Below the pieces are notes generated by a model. That model was not told the origin of the DNA, ran no database searches, and was given only the letters and a program-made list of their open reading frames with translations. From Podarcis melisellensis (taxonomy: Eukaryota), in NCBI GenBank assembly GCA_964234715.1, contig OZ174275.1: a stretch of 64,000 bases of DNA. The stretch is one strand, 5' to 3'. Numbering within the stretch: the stretch's first letter is position 1; each line of letters opens with the position of its first letter. Shown piece by piece: positions 1-12,180 of this stretch. A program made the position numbers and the translations under genes.

Positions 1-944
1 GTGCAGTTGGAAAGTGTTTCAAAAGACACATGAGAGGATGCTTGGCAAAGCCTCCAGAGAATAGGAAAGGGTAAAAGAATTGCGTTCTCTGACTGCTTAT
101 CTTTCGTTTCTTTAGAAAAATGTGAAAGGCCTCCTGGGCTCAAACCCAGGGCTCAAACTTCCCTGTATCCAGACCCCATGCACCTGCATAATGGGGGACT
201 GTTCTTTATCAGATATGGCAAACACCTGCAGCAAGGTGTCAATGGCTGCACATGGCAAAGACAGCAAGGATCTGTAGAGGAGGGAGCAGGCAAGCCTGTG
301 GGCCTGCCTATGGCGGGGAATCAGGTCTGTACTACTGCTTGTCTCTGCAGTGCTGTGTTACTTCCTGCTTTGGAGACCAGAAGCAAGAACACCATAGAGC
401 ACAGATGGTTGGTTATGGACGGAACTGTGCAACAGAGTCTTTATCTCATGTTTTGATCTTGTCCTCTGGCACACTTGCCTAAAAGACTAGTCAACAGACT
501 TTGAGATGGTTGTGCGGTGAAAAATGGGGGGGGGGATCCCACCCTGTAACAATTGACAGAACCACCCAAATATTATCGACCAAACACCTTATACAAGTGT
601 ATTTCACCTTGTATAAATTTCACATTTGGGACAGAACACTGACAAAACTGAGTTCAATGGAAGGTCAATGGAAAAACTATAACTGGACACAAACAAGGCT
701 TGAATGGTGTCAGCGCAAGTTGTTTATTACAAATTATATACTGCTACTTTTAGCAGCCAGTCTAATCTTCTGGTAGCCCAGGGAAAACTGACAAACTGCA
801 AGTCCTTTTTTGAATCAACACTCCCGTTATCACATTAATTCCACAAATACAAAGTAAATATAAAGTAAATTAATAGCTTAGAGTCTGTTGCCTCGCTCCT
901 AAACTTATTTTATTTGGCAACCGTGAATCAGATTGTAATAAAGT

Positions 945-1080
945 GCAGCCTGTGTTGCCCCCCAGAGATTTTTGACTACAACCTCCATCATCCCTGATCC
1001 TTAGTCATCTGGCTGGGGCTGATGGGAGCTGTATGTCCCCCCAAAACAACCCTGGAGGGCACCAGGTTGAACAAGGCTGC
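945..1080. mobile_element. Short palindromic squamate MITE (hAT-derived family)
   Basis: ccagagatttttgactacaacctccatc...gatgggagctgta...ctggagggc; related copies at ~8575-8690, 16263-16395, 25159-25580, 26703-26853, 46236-46358, 52264-52387. Confidence 0.65.
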
Positions 1081-1235
1081 TATAGAGGCATGATTATTTC
1101 AATTCTAGTTATACCTTCAGAAAGCATCTTCCCCACTAACTGCCTGAACCTGAATGGAAATAATACAATACCATGTTGTTATGCCTTCATTTTCCAACAT
1201 GAAACCAGGCTGCATTCTGCCACAAAGCACCTTAC

Positions 1236-1340
1236 CTCGCTTTGCATGTGCTGAGACTCCTTAGCCGTGAGGTACGTTGGTGTTTCAAAGTCCAGCATGG
1301 GCTTCCCTCTTTCCTTTTCATATTTTTCCTTGTACTTCAC
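1236..1340 (-). CDS. NEB: NEB exon 105 nt (~158)
   Basis: VKYKEKYEKERGKPMLDFETPTYLTAKESQHMQSE. Confidence 0.95.
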
Positions 1341-2137
1341 CTGCCGATAGGGAGATAAATGTTATATCCAGCGCATTGCTAGATATAGAATAGAAATGTA
1401 CAGGGGTGGCCCTGGAATGTGGAAGGGAATTAGGTCTCTTCCCCAAGCCGCGCTCAAGAAACAATCATGTCAGTGATGAAAACCGCATGTCTCGGTGAGT
1501 GACTTGTTTGGTGACCCCAACAAAGTCTGCTGCACCTCACAGAGGAGGGCAGCAGAATGCTGCTACCAGATGTCAAGGGTCAAGGCCAATTTCTATGCTC
1601 CGATGGCAACACGGTTGCCGTCCACTTCTTCACATGTCAGGGCCCCATTTTGCAGCTGTAAAGATAGGAAGACACAACTGTGTGGTTTGCATGGCTAGTT
1701 CACACAGCATTGCCTATGTGGAATTATGGCAATTTGTGAATAAGGGTTCAGAGAACGGTCTGAAAACCAATGTACAAGAGTTTTTCGTTCAGTCGGAAAA
1801 CAGCACAGATAGTTAGAAACAACATTAACAACAGGCAGGTCCCGAAACATTTTCAGACCTGGATTTAAGGCAAATTTTGAATTGGAGGATTCTAAGTATC
1901 TTTATAAAACTATTATTCCCGGAATTCCTTGGGAAAAACAACTTCTTCATTTATATTGTAAATGTACTCCAAGATCAAAAGGAGATTAATGTTGAAATAA
2001 CTTTACAGCAATACTTTTTTTAAAAAAAGTGGTGCATTTCCCCCTTCTTGGCAGACTGACCCTTCTAGATTCTAGAATGCAATGCAATGGGTTGTGAACG
2101 AGAAATAAAAAGCAGGCAACACTTATCCATGACTTAC

Positions 2138-2242
2138 TATGCTCTGAAGTTCTGAGGCCTCCTTTAGATGGATCTGTTCAAGGTTATCTGGAACCACATG
2201 GTAGTGACCTTTACTCTTCTCATATTTCTTCTTGTACTGGTA
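2138..2242 (-). CDS. NEB: NEB exon 105 nt
   Basis: YQYKKKYEKSKGHYHVVPDNLEQIHLKEASELQSI. Confidence 0.95.
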
Positions 2243-3077
2243 CTAAAGGGGAAGGTGTCAAAAACCACCTCAATAACAAAAAGGCCTAACCTGATCAGCT
2301 TTCTAGCTCCAGCCGATCCAACCATTTCAACAGAAAAACAAGAAACCCAAAGCATTTTTTTTAAAAAGGAAAAGAAGAAGAAGAAAAAGGAATAAATAAA
2401 GGGGTGGGGGAGGGAGAGAAAAAAAATCTCAGACTAATGCCGAAGCACTTGTGATAGCTACTTTTCCCTTGCAATATTATGCAAGAAGGAACAAAATATT
2501 GTAAGTAAATAAAAAGAAAACCCCCCAAAAAGAAAGAAGGAAGAACAAAAGAAATATAGTGAATATATGGTACAATTAAAATGGAAGACAACGCCACATC
2601 TTCTTCTCTTGTTAGCATATTCATCATTCTGTGGTCTAACAGCAGGATGATAAAAGTTCAGCAAAAGCAGAATTAATTTTGGAAAGGTTTTAAAAACTTT
2701 AAAGAAGAAGTATGTTGAAATAATATTAAGCACAAAAAATATTGAAATCAAAAGGAGGAAAATGGTATTCCTGTTAGTCAAAAAGGAAAGTTAAAAAGGC
2801 AAAAAAAAAGCGCCATTTACATGTGGTTAGAGGTTTTACAATATTAGCAGTTCTATAGCTAATAGAAAATGCTTGAGAGACTAGGGGTATTAATGCTGGT
2901 AGTCCGCATGAGGAACACTCATTAGGCAAGGGAGAAGAAAGATCACTACCAGGTGATTTCCTAGGAACAGTCAAGGAGGAAAGCTGTTACAGAAATTGTT
3001 AGCGGATATTATCTCAGAAAGGCAGATGGATGAAATGCTAAAGTGAATATGGTCTGAGATGAGCTTAAGAGGCTTAC

Positions 3078-3182
3078 AGAACTGGCTAGCTGGCTGGTGT
3101 TCAAGACATGATGCATCGACAGGGATTCAGACATGTCTGTCACTGGTTTGTGAAGTTTCTTCAGGTCCGCCTTATATTTAAT
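3078..3182 (-). CDS. NEB: NEB exon 105 nt
   Basis: IKYKADLKKLHKPVTDMSESLSMHHVLNTSQLASS. Confidence 0.95.
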
Positions 3183-3501
3183 CTGATGGGGGAAGTTCAA
3201 AGAAACGCAGTAAAGGAAAAGGCAAGCAACACTTAGAAATCGGACGCATTAAAAAGGAACAGGACTCAGTCAGACTTTGCATCAAAATGTTGTGGGGGCA
3301 GGGCCCTGGGCAAGAGATGGCTAATGAGATCTGAATTACTGCAAATGTTCCTTAAATGATTTGTCACAAAGTTGCCAGGCATATGTTCCGTTAGGGAAAT
3401 TCAGGTACATGGCCCAAGAAGGCTAGGAGATGGCTGAAGATGACAACTCAACATCACTATTTTCTGTGGTTGTGCTTGCTTGTGGAATGTGCTTGCCTGA
3501 C

Positions 3502-3589
3502 ACCTTCATTACATAACCTTAGGTGCCAGGCAAAAAAATTCCTCTTCTCCTAGCCCTTTGGCTAATTAAACAATCTGCGGCCTTTCAAA

Positions 3590-3627
<38 letters not shown>

Positions 3628-3733
3628 TGTTGTTTGATACTAAAGCATGTATTTTTGTATTTTTATATTGTAAACTGCCCTGTGATCCTCAGATGAAGGT
3701 TGGTATAGAAATTTAATATATAATAATAATAAT
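3502..3733 (+). mobile_element. L2-like LINE 3' fragment with internal (TG)n
   Basis: L2-type 3' end (gtaaactgccctgtgatcctc...ggtatagaaat plus (aat)n tail); (TG)n at ~3592-3626. Confidence 0.55.
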
Positions 3734-3944
3734 ATCCCTCCCTTCGGCCAGTATTATGTTCAGGGGCTCAACTCCCAGTTCTACCTCATACTCGGTTTCA
3801 TGGGCAAGCTGCTTCTCCCTTATGACTAGCTACACCCCTCAAGGCAGCCATTTTGTGACTAGCCATGGTCTCCCAGCTGCCATTATGTGGTGATACTCAT
3901 AAGCTTTTCCAAATGGGCCCATGAGCCTGAAAAGGGTTGGTAAC

Positions 3945-4213
3945 TGTTATGTACTGAAGTTCTCACCCTGGGCCAACAGGAGAATACTGTAGATAGTTAT
4001 GCAAATAAGGGATCGAAAGTGACGTTCAGTGATGGCCCAAGAAGTTTTAGAAAACTGGATAGTTTTAGAAAATTGTTACAGTTACGTTGTACTGGAGCTC
4101 TATATAAGCAGGCTGACTGAATCCTTCAGATCAGTTCTGTTCTGGCCTCTGAATAAACAAGAGCTGTTTGAAGAATCGCTGTGTCGTCTGATATGTTCAC
4201 CCACAACTTAACA
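3945..4213 (+). mobile_element. Solo LTR
   Basis: TGTT...AACA termini, 5-bp TSD GTAAC (3940-3944, 4214-4218), TATATAA at 4101, AATAAA at 4152. Confidence 0.85.
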
Positions 4214-4243
4214 GTAACTACTGGACTAAAGGCCCACACATAC

Positions 4244-4354
4244 CTCACTAGCGATGTGGTGGGCATCTTTTAAGGTCTTGTAGATCTTGGCTTCCTTCAG
4301 GTCGTATTGCGGCTTATTGCCCTTCTCCTTGTCAAACTTCTCTTTGTATTTGAT
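4244..4354 (-). CDS. NEB: NEB exon 111 nt (~155)
   Basis: IKYKEKFDKEKGNKPQYDLKEAKIYKTLKDAHHIASE. Confidence 0.95.
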
Positions 4355-5007
4355 CTAATTCCAAGAGGAACAAGCGTTAAAACAAGGTCCCGAATATTAG
4401 CTTGTCTGGTGCCAAGGGAGAAAGAGTGCACATTGTCAAAACTGATCCCGATTGCAAGCAGACAGGTAGAACAATGCAAGCCATAAGACCTCTTTGAAAA
4501 AGAAGATACCATTAACAAAGACCAGGAAAATTCACGTGATGCAGCAATGAACTTGGTACACACTGCATTTACAAGATTTCATGTTGCGTCTTTCATTCAG
4601 TAGTTGTGTTTCAGCTCCACATTTGAAATATATGACTCATTCATTGGGGGGCGGGAATCTGACTGTTGTGTGTGTGCAGCATGGCTATCAAGAGACACAA
4701 GAGCTAAATTATGACTGCATTGTGCATTTTTCTGTGGCCTAAAATGGGTGTTTCCTGATACAGGGCAATAGAAACACCTGACTTTCTAAATATTTCTTTC
4801 CTGCCTTCCCTCCAAGGGATTTTGAGCAGCATTCAAGTCTCAGGGTAGATCTACACACAGGGGAAAAACCACTATAAATAAGTCAGATCATTATAACAAA
4901 AAAATTAAAAACCCCTATGAAAAGATTTCCTGCTCTCTGGCGTCATCTGGTGTTGCATGTTATTAGTGCATTCAAATCATTGTTTCTTTACTAATAATGA
5001 AAGTAGG

Positions 5008-5090
5008 TTTGACGGAGACTGTAATTTGCCCAGTAAATTTACACCCAGTAAATTTGACGGAGACTGTAATTTGCCCAGTAAATTTACACC
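5008..5090. repeat. 45-bp tandem duplication
   Basis: tttgacggagactgtaatttgcccagtaaatttacacc twice, period 45. Confidence 0.9.
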
Positions 5091-7412
5091 TCAGCATGGT
5101 TTTGAACCAAGGTTTGCTACACTGGAGCCCAATGTTCTACCAATACACTGCCTAATCTAAGAGGCAGTTGCATTTGATCTGATAACTATTGGCTTTAAGA
5201 GAAATTGCAAAAGACTGTGATTTTAAATAAAAAGACATGTTCATGATAGAGTATAAAGGTCCTGCTAGATGCACTATTCTCTCAGCACTAGAATTCAGCA
5301 GACTACTACAATGCACTTTTATTTACAATGACTTTCCTATGTCCTCTGATGGACAGTCTGGTTCTGCCTGACAACTGAAGTGAGCAAATGCGGCTTGGTT
5401 ACTTTCATTCTAATGGAGGAATAAACAGATTCACCATGTTTTCAGTTGAAGAACTTGCCAGGGGATATTACTGCTTACTACTACTTTGCACTGTTAGTGT
5501 GCAAAGTACACAGAGCAAGGTTCTTAAGACTGAAAAGCTTCATTATCAAGCAACTCCATAAAAGAAGAGGTAAGATATTAGTCATTTGCTAGAGAGAGAG
5601 AAAAAATAGCAGTTATACAAATCCTGGCATGAACCAGCAAAAATTAAGCACCTGGATTCCAAATGATTTCAACGAGAGCTTATTTTAGCCCTCTCACATT
5701 GAAATCAATGGTTTGATATGCTTAATTTTACATGGATGGCACCCAATCTTCACCCCACCCCTGGGCAAGAGCTGATTGACGTAACTGATGAAAGGAATAG
5801 GTCATGCTAGGGAGCAATGCACATGGCTGAAAAGAAGAAAAGTTTAACGTTAGAAAACTGGAAGATGCTGCAGTGCAGATTTCAATTCCATTCCACGATT
5901 CTGGATGTCTAAAACATGTTGGCATGTTTTTATCCACACAACCCTGTATCCTTCATGCTGGATAGCCTCATCTTTTGGACATGGGTTGACAAAAGATGCC
6001 AGGGGTCAATATTCAAGTGACAGTCAAGTACGCTGTTTATGTTTACTTTTTAAAAAATGCAGGACACTCTGGGCACTGAGGCTCTTGAGAAGGACAAGAC
6101 TCTTCCTACAATGACACAGACACACACACAAACACAAATGACGTATTACAGGTAGGTGGGGACCATTATGGGCCACCACAATTCAGAGATGCATTTTGTG
6201 TCTGATTTCTGAATGAATAGTGGCTCCACAGGGCACAAGCTACTTTCTTAGAATACTCTGTGGGTTTCAAAAGCACTTTGACATTTGTTGTGAGGACCCA
6301 CTAGATCAAAATGCAAGTCTCTCGTTAATACTTGCGATTTCCATCAGGATTCCATACTTGCTAAACAAGATTTGTTAATGGATATGAGATAATGAACAAA
6401 AAACAAGAGGCAGGGGGACTTGTTTCAATATTAAAACAAAAAGCAGCAACAAAACCATAAGACACAGTATACAAGAGTATCAGTAGCAGTGACAACAGAG
6501 ATGACAAAAGACACTGTGTAGATGGTGTTTTGACAGTTTTCATGGCAAATTCCTGCTGTTTCTCACAAGTAGAAAAAGACGGTTTCTCTGACATGCAGCT
6601 GTCCCATGCAACAATCACAAAGAGAAATGGGAAATAAAAGCATCCCCCTTTATTCCTTATGAAATTTCTGTCCATAACCTGTAGAAAATTGGTGCAAATA
6701 TGTCATTTACTTTCTAAACCATTTGAGAGTGAGTGAAGAATCATCTGAAAATGTCTGTCCGCAAATAACAGTAGTTAAGGAGCTATTTGCAAGAGTTCAC
6801 GGAATTTGTTTGAAGGTAATTCATCAGAAGCCTTTTCCCTAAATTGGTGGCTTTTAATAGGGGTGTCCACATTGTTATATTCAATGAATGTAGACTTTGA
6901 GGACTGTGTACAGAAATAGCTGAGCTGTTCACTCATACAATTTTTTACATGCAGCATTCCACAAGAGCATATTTTGTGTACCTGCAGCAGTTGAGCTATA
7001 AGAGCTCGTACCTGTGCTCAGTGCAATGTGTGGACAAGCTTATTCTGTTTCAAGAAACTCTGGGTTCTTAGTGAGAAGGTCAGTAATGATGAACTAGCTT
7101 CCCTGAACAACAGCTTGTCCACTGCTACTGCTCTTCCTCTGCAATCCTAGAGAGGATTGGGAATGTTCCAGGATATATTCTCAGTTAATTAAGGGCAACA
7201 ATGCTGTAGAATGGGCAGCATTCTACATCAACTGACTGTGCATATGAACTGGGGAGGAAGCACACTGCAGAGTGCACAGTTGTATTCAAGTGCAGATAGT
7301 TGCCATAGTTCCCCACTCCCCATATATATATAGAGAGAGAGCATGTATTGTGCTCTTAACACACTGACATGAAAACTAGTGAATGCTTCAGGAATTGCCA
7401 CCAATGTCATAT

Positions 7413-7759
7413 AGGTAAAGGTAAAGGGACCCCTGACCATTAGGTCCAGTCGTGGCCGATTCTGGGGTTGCGGCGCTCATCTCACTTTATTGACCTAGGG
7501 AGCCGGCGTGCAGCTTCCGGGTCATGTGGCTAGCATGACTAAGCTGCTTCTGGCGAACCAGAGTAGCACACGGAAACGCCATTTACCTTCCCGCTGGAGC
7601 GGTACCTATTTATCTACTTGCACTTTGACGAGCTTTTGAACTGCTAGGTTGGCAGGAACAGGGACCAAACAACGGGAGATCACCCCACTGCGGGGATTTG
7701 AACCACCGACCTTCTGATCAGCAAGTTCTAGGCTTTGTGGTTTAACCCACAGCACCACC
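7413..7759 (-). mobile_element. Sauria SINE
   Basis: (AAAGGT)n tail on + strand followed by gggacccctgaccattaggtccagtc; tRNA-like head at the right end; closely similar to 56094-56431. Confidence 0.9.
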
Positions 7760-8039
7760 AGTGTAAATGTTTGACTAAATTCCCCACTTTCATGTATTTT
7801 GGGCACCTCGAGCCTTTTCTTGAAGCCGAGACATTCTCAGAACAAATTCCCAAGCAGAACTTTGCATAAGGAAGAAAGGGGAGGTCTCACAAATTCACAA
7901 GGTTTTAATGTTCTTTTTAAAAAATAAAAAAATAGAAGCAGTGCCTTGAACACTTAGGATTGTGCCAAGAATATAGACTCTAGCGAGAGACTCATGAAAT
8001 TGGTAGCAGCGTAGGAGAGCTGCTTAAAATCCATCTTAC

Positions 8040-8138
8040 ATGGCTACTTAGGACATTAGCTTTCTTAACGTGTCTCATCATGGGCGTGTCGTATGATGCA
8101 GCCCCATGGCCCCTCATGCGTCCTTTGATGTATTCTGC
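8040..8138 (-). CDS. NEB: Additional NEB module exon 99 nt (candidate cassette or mutually exclusive exon)
   Basis: ctttgtag|AEYIKGRMRGHGAASYDTPMMRHVKKANVLSSH|gtaaga; phase 0, no stop, Y at +3, DTP, terminal SS. Confidence 0.8.
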
Positions 8139-8952
8139 CTACAAAGCGTAGCAAGATAGCAAGATTAGAATGGCAAACCTCCAAGATGGACAAAGCAAGA
8201 AGCTGAGGTAGAAGAGCCGGTGATATTCTTGTCTTTGTAGGGGCAGGGAGTCTCGTGGGAAGCAGCATGGGTCAGAAACGCACCAAGTGAAGTCGGTCAG
8301 TGTTTGTCAGAGAGGAAAGAGGCATACGCTAGCACCAAAATGCAAAAAGTTAACACGTTGTTTGAAGTACTTTCCCTGAGGGGAAAGTCCAGTGCTGCTA
8401 CCCTCACTATAGAAATATATAACAGCACAAACATTAAAATGTCTGCCAAAGAAAATTGATAAGGGAATAACTGGAGAGAAGACAATAAAAAGAAACATTT
8501 TGCCTCCCAGTACACAGCAAATGACCAAACCTTTACGGCATGTTTTTTAACACAAAAATTGTTTCAGGTCATTGGTATGGGAGCCCGGTGCCTTCCATAT
8601 GTTGTTGGACTCCAGTTCCTATCACCCCCAGCCAGCATGGGCAATGGTCAGGGAAGATGGGAAGTGCATTCCTCAGGTTCCCATTGAAATCATTGTTATT
8701 ATGGCTAAAGAAAGGCAATTAGGATCAAAGTTTGGCATGGTCAGGAATCTGCTAAGGGCCAGCACTCTAGCAGGGCACCCACTGAACCTCTCTTCACCAC
8801 AACCAACCTCCTTATTCACTCATCTTTTGCTCTGGCTCAGACAATACTGGTGATGTAAAGGATGAGATGAACCCTTGGGGGGTTTTGTGGGGGATTGGGG
8901 GGTTCCATTGTATTCAAAACAGATATAAATCATTTTAAATGCAAGGTAAGAG

Positions 8953-9123
8953 NNNNNNNNNNNNNNNNNNNNNNNNNNNNNNNNNNNNNNNNNNNNNNNN
9001 NNNNNNNNNNNNNNNNNNNNNNNNNNNNNNNNNNNNNNNNNNNNNNNNNNNNNNNNNNNNNNNNNNNNNNNNNNNNNNNNNNNNNNNNNNNNNNNNNNNN
9101 NNNNNNNNNNNNNNNNNNNNNNN
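8953..9123. other. Assembly gap
   Basis: Run of N. Confidence 1.
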
Positions 9124-9404
9124 CACGAATCTGGATTACTTCGCTCATCAGTGCTACTTTGTGAGAACAGAGACTCTGAATACACAAGGAGTTCCTGTCC
9201 CACTCAGTATAATGGATGAGGCAGCTCCCTGTGTGTAAAGGGTGCTTTCAGCACAGTAATTGTCTCTTCAGTGAGCTAAATAGGAAGCTCACCTACACAG
9301 GGACACAATACACAGAGCATAGCATCCACGTACCACAGCAGACTTCAATAGGCCATCAATACCTTTCAAAACAATCAAAGCCCCTAGGTCAAAAGCTTGA
9401 TCAG

Positions 9405-9540
9405 GGATGGTAGAGTTGGAAGGGACCACGAGGGCCATCTAGCCCAAACCCCTGCAAGGCAGGAATCTTTTTGCCCGGCATGGGGCTCAAACCCACAATC
9501 CTGAGATTAAGAGACACAAGCTCTCCTGACTTCACTAACT
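9405..9540 (-). mobile_element. Squam3-like tRNA-derived SINE with CR1-type tail
   Basis: Reverse complement resembles 28504-28632 (A/B-box head, ttcctgc, ctagatg...ttccaac). Confidence 0.7.
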
Positions 9541-9966
9541 TTCGGGACGGGGTGGGTGAGAGGCTTTGGTGGCAGCAGTGAAACAAGGAGATACTGAAGT
9601 ACATACACCAAAGTCCAGCACCCGGATGTGGATGCAAATTGCCCATTCCCCAGATATCAGATTGATGATTGGATGACCAGAGATAAGGAAATAGTCTCCT
9701 CCCTCATTGGATCTGTACAGAACAGTGGAGGGGGGCTGGGCTCTTTGCTTGTACCGCATATTTATGTGCATATGAGATGGTGAGGTGGCCACAACCACGA
9801 TTGACAGACAGCCCTGGAAGATTTGGCCAGAAAATATTAACCACCCCGATCTCAAATAAATTATCTCTAAAGCTGCTTTATCTGTAAAGTCAACATTACA
9901 TCAAAATAATTGCAAAAGAAAATGTATGCCATATGGTTATAAGTTGAAGCAGCCACCTGTTCATAC

Positions 9967-10071
9967 CTGGCTTGTAAGTTTGGACACCTCCTTGGCAAGT
10001 TCAATATCTGGACGTCCAAGCATGCTGACTCCCAAACCAGCTTCTCCACGAGCTTTGGCTTTATATTCAAT
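9967..10071 (-). CDS. NEB: NEB exon 105 nt (~154)
   Basis: IEYKAKARGEAGLGVSMLGRPDIELAKEVSKLTSQ. Confidence 0.95.
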
Positions 10072-10217
10072 CTAAGACAAATATATGAATTGTCAAGGGG
10101 TTAAAAAAACAAAAACAAAACCCCCCTCTGGCTTCTACATACTGAAATGAAACTATTTATATGCATGCTGTCATATTGCCACAAGTTGCTGAACAGTTAC
10201 ACTGATAAAGTACTTAC

Positions 10218-10319
10218 ATCACTGACTAAATGGGAGACTTGGGTGGCTTTCTTAATATCAGGGCGATCCGCCACACTAGTGTAATGGAGCTTGGATTTGG
10301 CATCCTTTTTGTATTGGAT
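10218..10319 (-). CDS. NEB: NEB exon 102 nt
   Basis: IQYKKDAKSKLHYTSVADRPDIKKATQVSHLVSD. Confidence 0.95.
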
Positions 10320-10601
10320 CTAGGTGAACACAAGGATAAAGAGAAGCAGTTACTGTTGTGTTTTCTTTTTAAGGAAAGAACAAGATCCTCTTGATGATAA
10401 TGTTTTCACCAGAGCTATTGTTGATGCCCACCACCCATGCAAAAACTGCATACGTTTCACTGTAACGAAACAAAGTCGGCATGGAAAAGCTACAGCCACC
10501 CATGTCAACGTGTGTTTCTCCTATGGCCCATGGCTTTGAAAGGATTATTCCTTAGATTGCCCATCCAGGGTTTTAATGACACAACTGGAGGAACAACTTA
10601 C

Positions 10602-10712
10602 AGTGCTCTGATTCTTTGCAACTTCCATGGCGTGTTTCACATCAGGAGGCTCCAGCATGATTGAATAGTCTGACTTGCCTTTCTCCTTGTGGAATTTCTT
10701 TTTATAATTTGT
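10602..10712 (-). CDS. NEB: NEB exon 111 nt
   Basis: TNYKKKFHKEKGKSDYSIMLEPPDVKHAMEVAKNQST. Confidence 0.95.
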
Positions 10713-11858
10713 CTGTTTCGGAACAGAAAAGAGTTGTGTCACACATTCTTCACCTGAGGCTTACTTTGCCGACATTTATAATAAGAAACATAGGTGATGA
10801 CTTCTGCGCTTAAGGAAGACAGGTGCGCATTCGTGTGGGCGCTCACACATGCACTTGTAGGTTAACTAGCTTTGTTTCCTGATCTGCTGCAAGTTTTCCT
10901 CTACGGTCAGAAACTCTCCACATTAAAAAGAGAGAGGGAGAGATTCAAAGGGCAGCTACATAAATGAGAATAAAGTTGACTGTAAGGACTGGTCCCGATG
11001 TGGAAAGCCCATCAGTCAAAAACACTTTGCTTACAGCTGTCAACAAACAGATATTGCATTGAATGGGTGTTCCCCTGATGATTTATGGCTATTTAATCCA
11101 GCAGAGATTTTCGTCAGTCAAACAAAGATCAAGGTGATCTTCAGTGATTGCTCCTTCCTCCACCAACCCCGTGCTCCTGAGTGCTGGGGAACCCTTTGGA
11201 AGAATATAAAAGATGGGACACGTACCCAAAATCATAGGAGGCAAGCACCAAGCAATTACTTAACCTATGTCTCAATTGCTGCATCCATATTTTATTTACA
11301 GTTATTTTAAAATGACTAGAAAGAATTAACTGCAATGAACCCAATTCTGCGCACGCACGCGCGCGCACACACACACACTGTTATAGTTCTTCAGCCACTA
11401 CCACTGCCACTCATTTCTACCACACTCTTTAATTTGTAAAGCGTTTCAAAACCTATGTTCATAATCAAGTCCCTTACCAACATTTCATTCAAACAGGCAT
11501 GGATCATGCAAACTCATATCAGAAGAAACAATTTCCAGATTTGACAGCCTGCAGAAATATATTTGAAGGCATTCTCTCTCTTTTTCAACACGCTAAGCTT
11601 CCATCTACACACAATTTCAGAAACTCTGTACAACCACGTTATTAAACTTATGCTGATATTTAACTATGTGAGCTAACAGGCTGGTGTAAGTAACATTAGC
11701 CCTGGTGAACATGGAGCAGCACCCTTTTAGTAAGCCTTAATTGGCATGAAGTATAATTTATAGTGGAGAAACAACAGTTTCCCTCACCGAGTAAACAAAA
11801 CAAATGCAAGCGTCAACTCAACCGGTGATGTGACTATAGTAATGCAAAAGCAGTTTAC

Positions 11859-11969
11859 CTCACTGACATTCTTGGTTACATTTTTGACATGAACAGTGTC
11901 TCGTGTTTCTGGCAATTTTGTAAAGGAGCCATGTGGCAGGTGCTTCTTAACATGTTCTTTGTATTTGTT
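11859..11969 (-). CDS. NEB: NEB exon 111 nt
   Basis: NKYKEHVKKHLPHGSFTKLPETRDTVHVKNVTKNVSE. Confidence 0.95.
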
Positions 11970-12075
11970 CTGGTGATGAAGAGAAACAACAGTTATTGAA
12001 GTAATATGTATTAAATAAGGAATAAATGCTGAAAACTGGAGAATTATATACATACATATATAAATAATAAATTAC

Positions 12076-12180
12076 CTCAGACACGAGAGCACTAACAGTC
12101 TTTGCAAGAAGGATCTGAGGAGTATCTGGAACTGGGTGGATAGTTCCCCTTTCCTTGTTATGCTTCTCTTTATATTTTAA
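12076..12180 (-). CDS. NEB: NEB exon 105 nt
   Basis: LKYKEKHNKERGTIHPVPDTPQILLAKTVSALVSE. Confidence 0.95.

Noticed and set aside
5008-5090. Short tandem duplications (also 17792-17859 and ~18479-18523) as functional arrays
   Set aside because: Two copies only, deep intronic, no informative motif.
8812-8920. EYNGTP...QKMSE as a decayed exon
   Set aside because: Needs a frameshift and lacks both splice sites.
8820-9238. Long ORFs spanning X runs (also 19978-20333)
   Set aside because: Artefacts of N gaps.
9645-9760. MRYKQRAQ...NLISG as another nebulin exon
   Set aside because: No AG acceptor or GT donor at the module boundaries and no DTP-like core.
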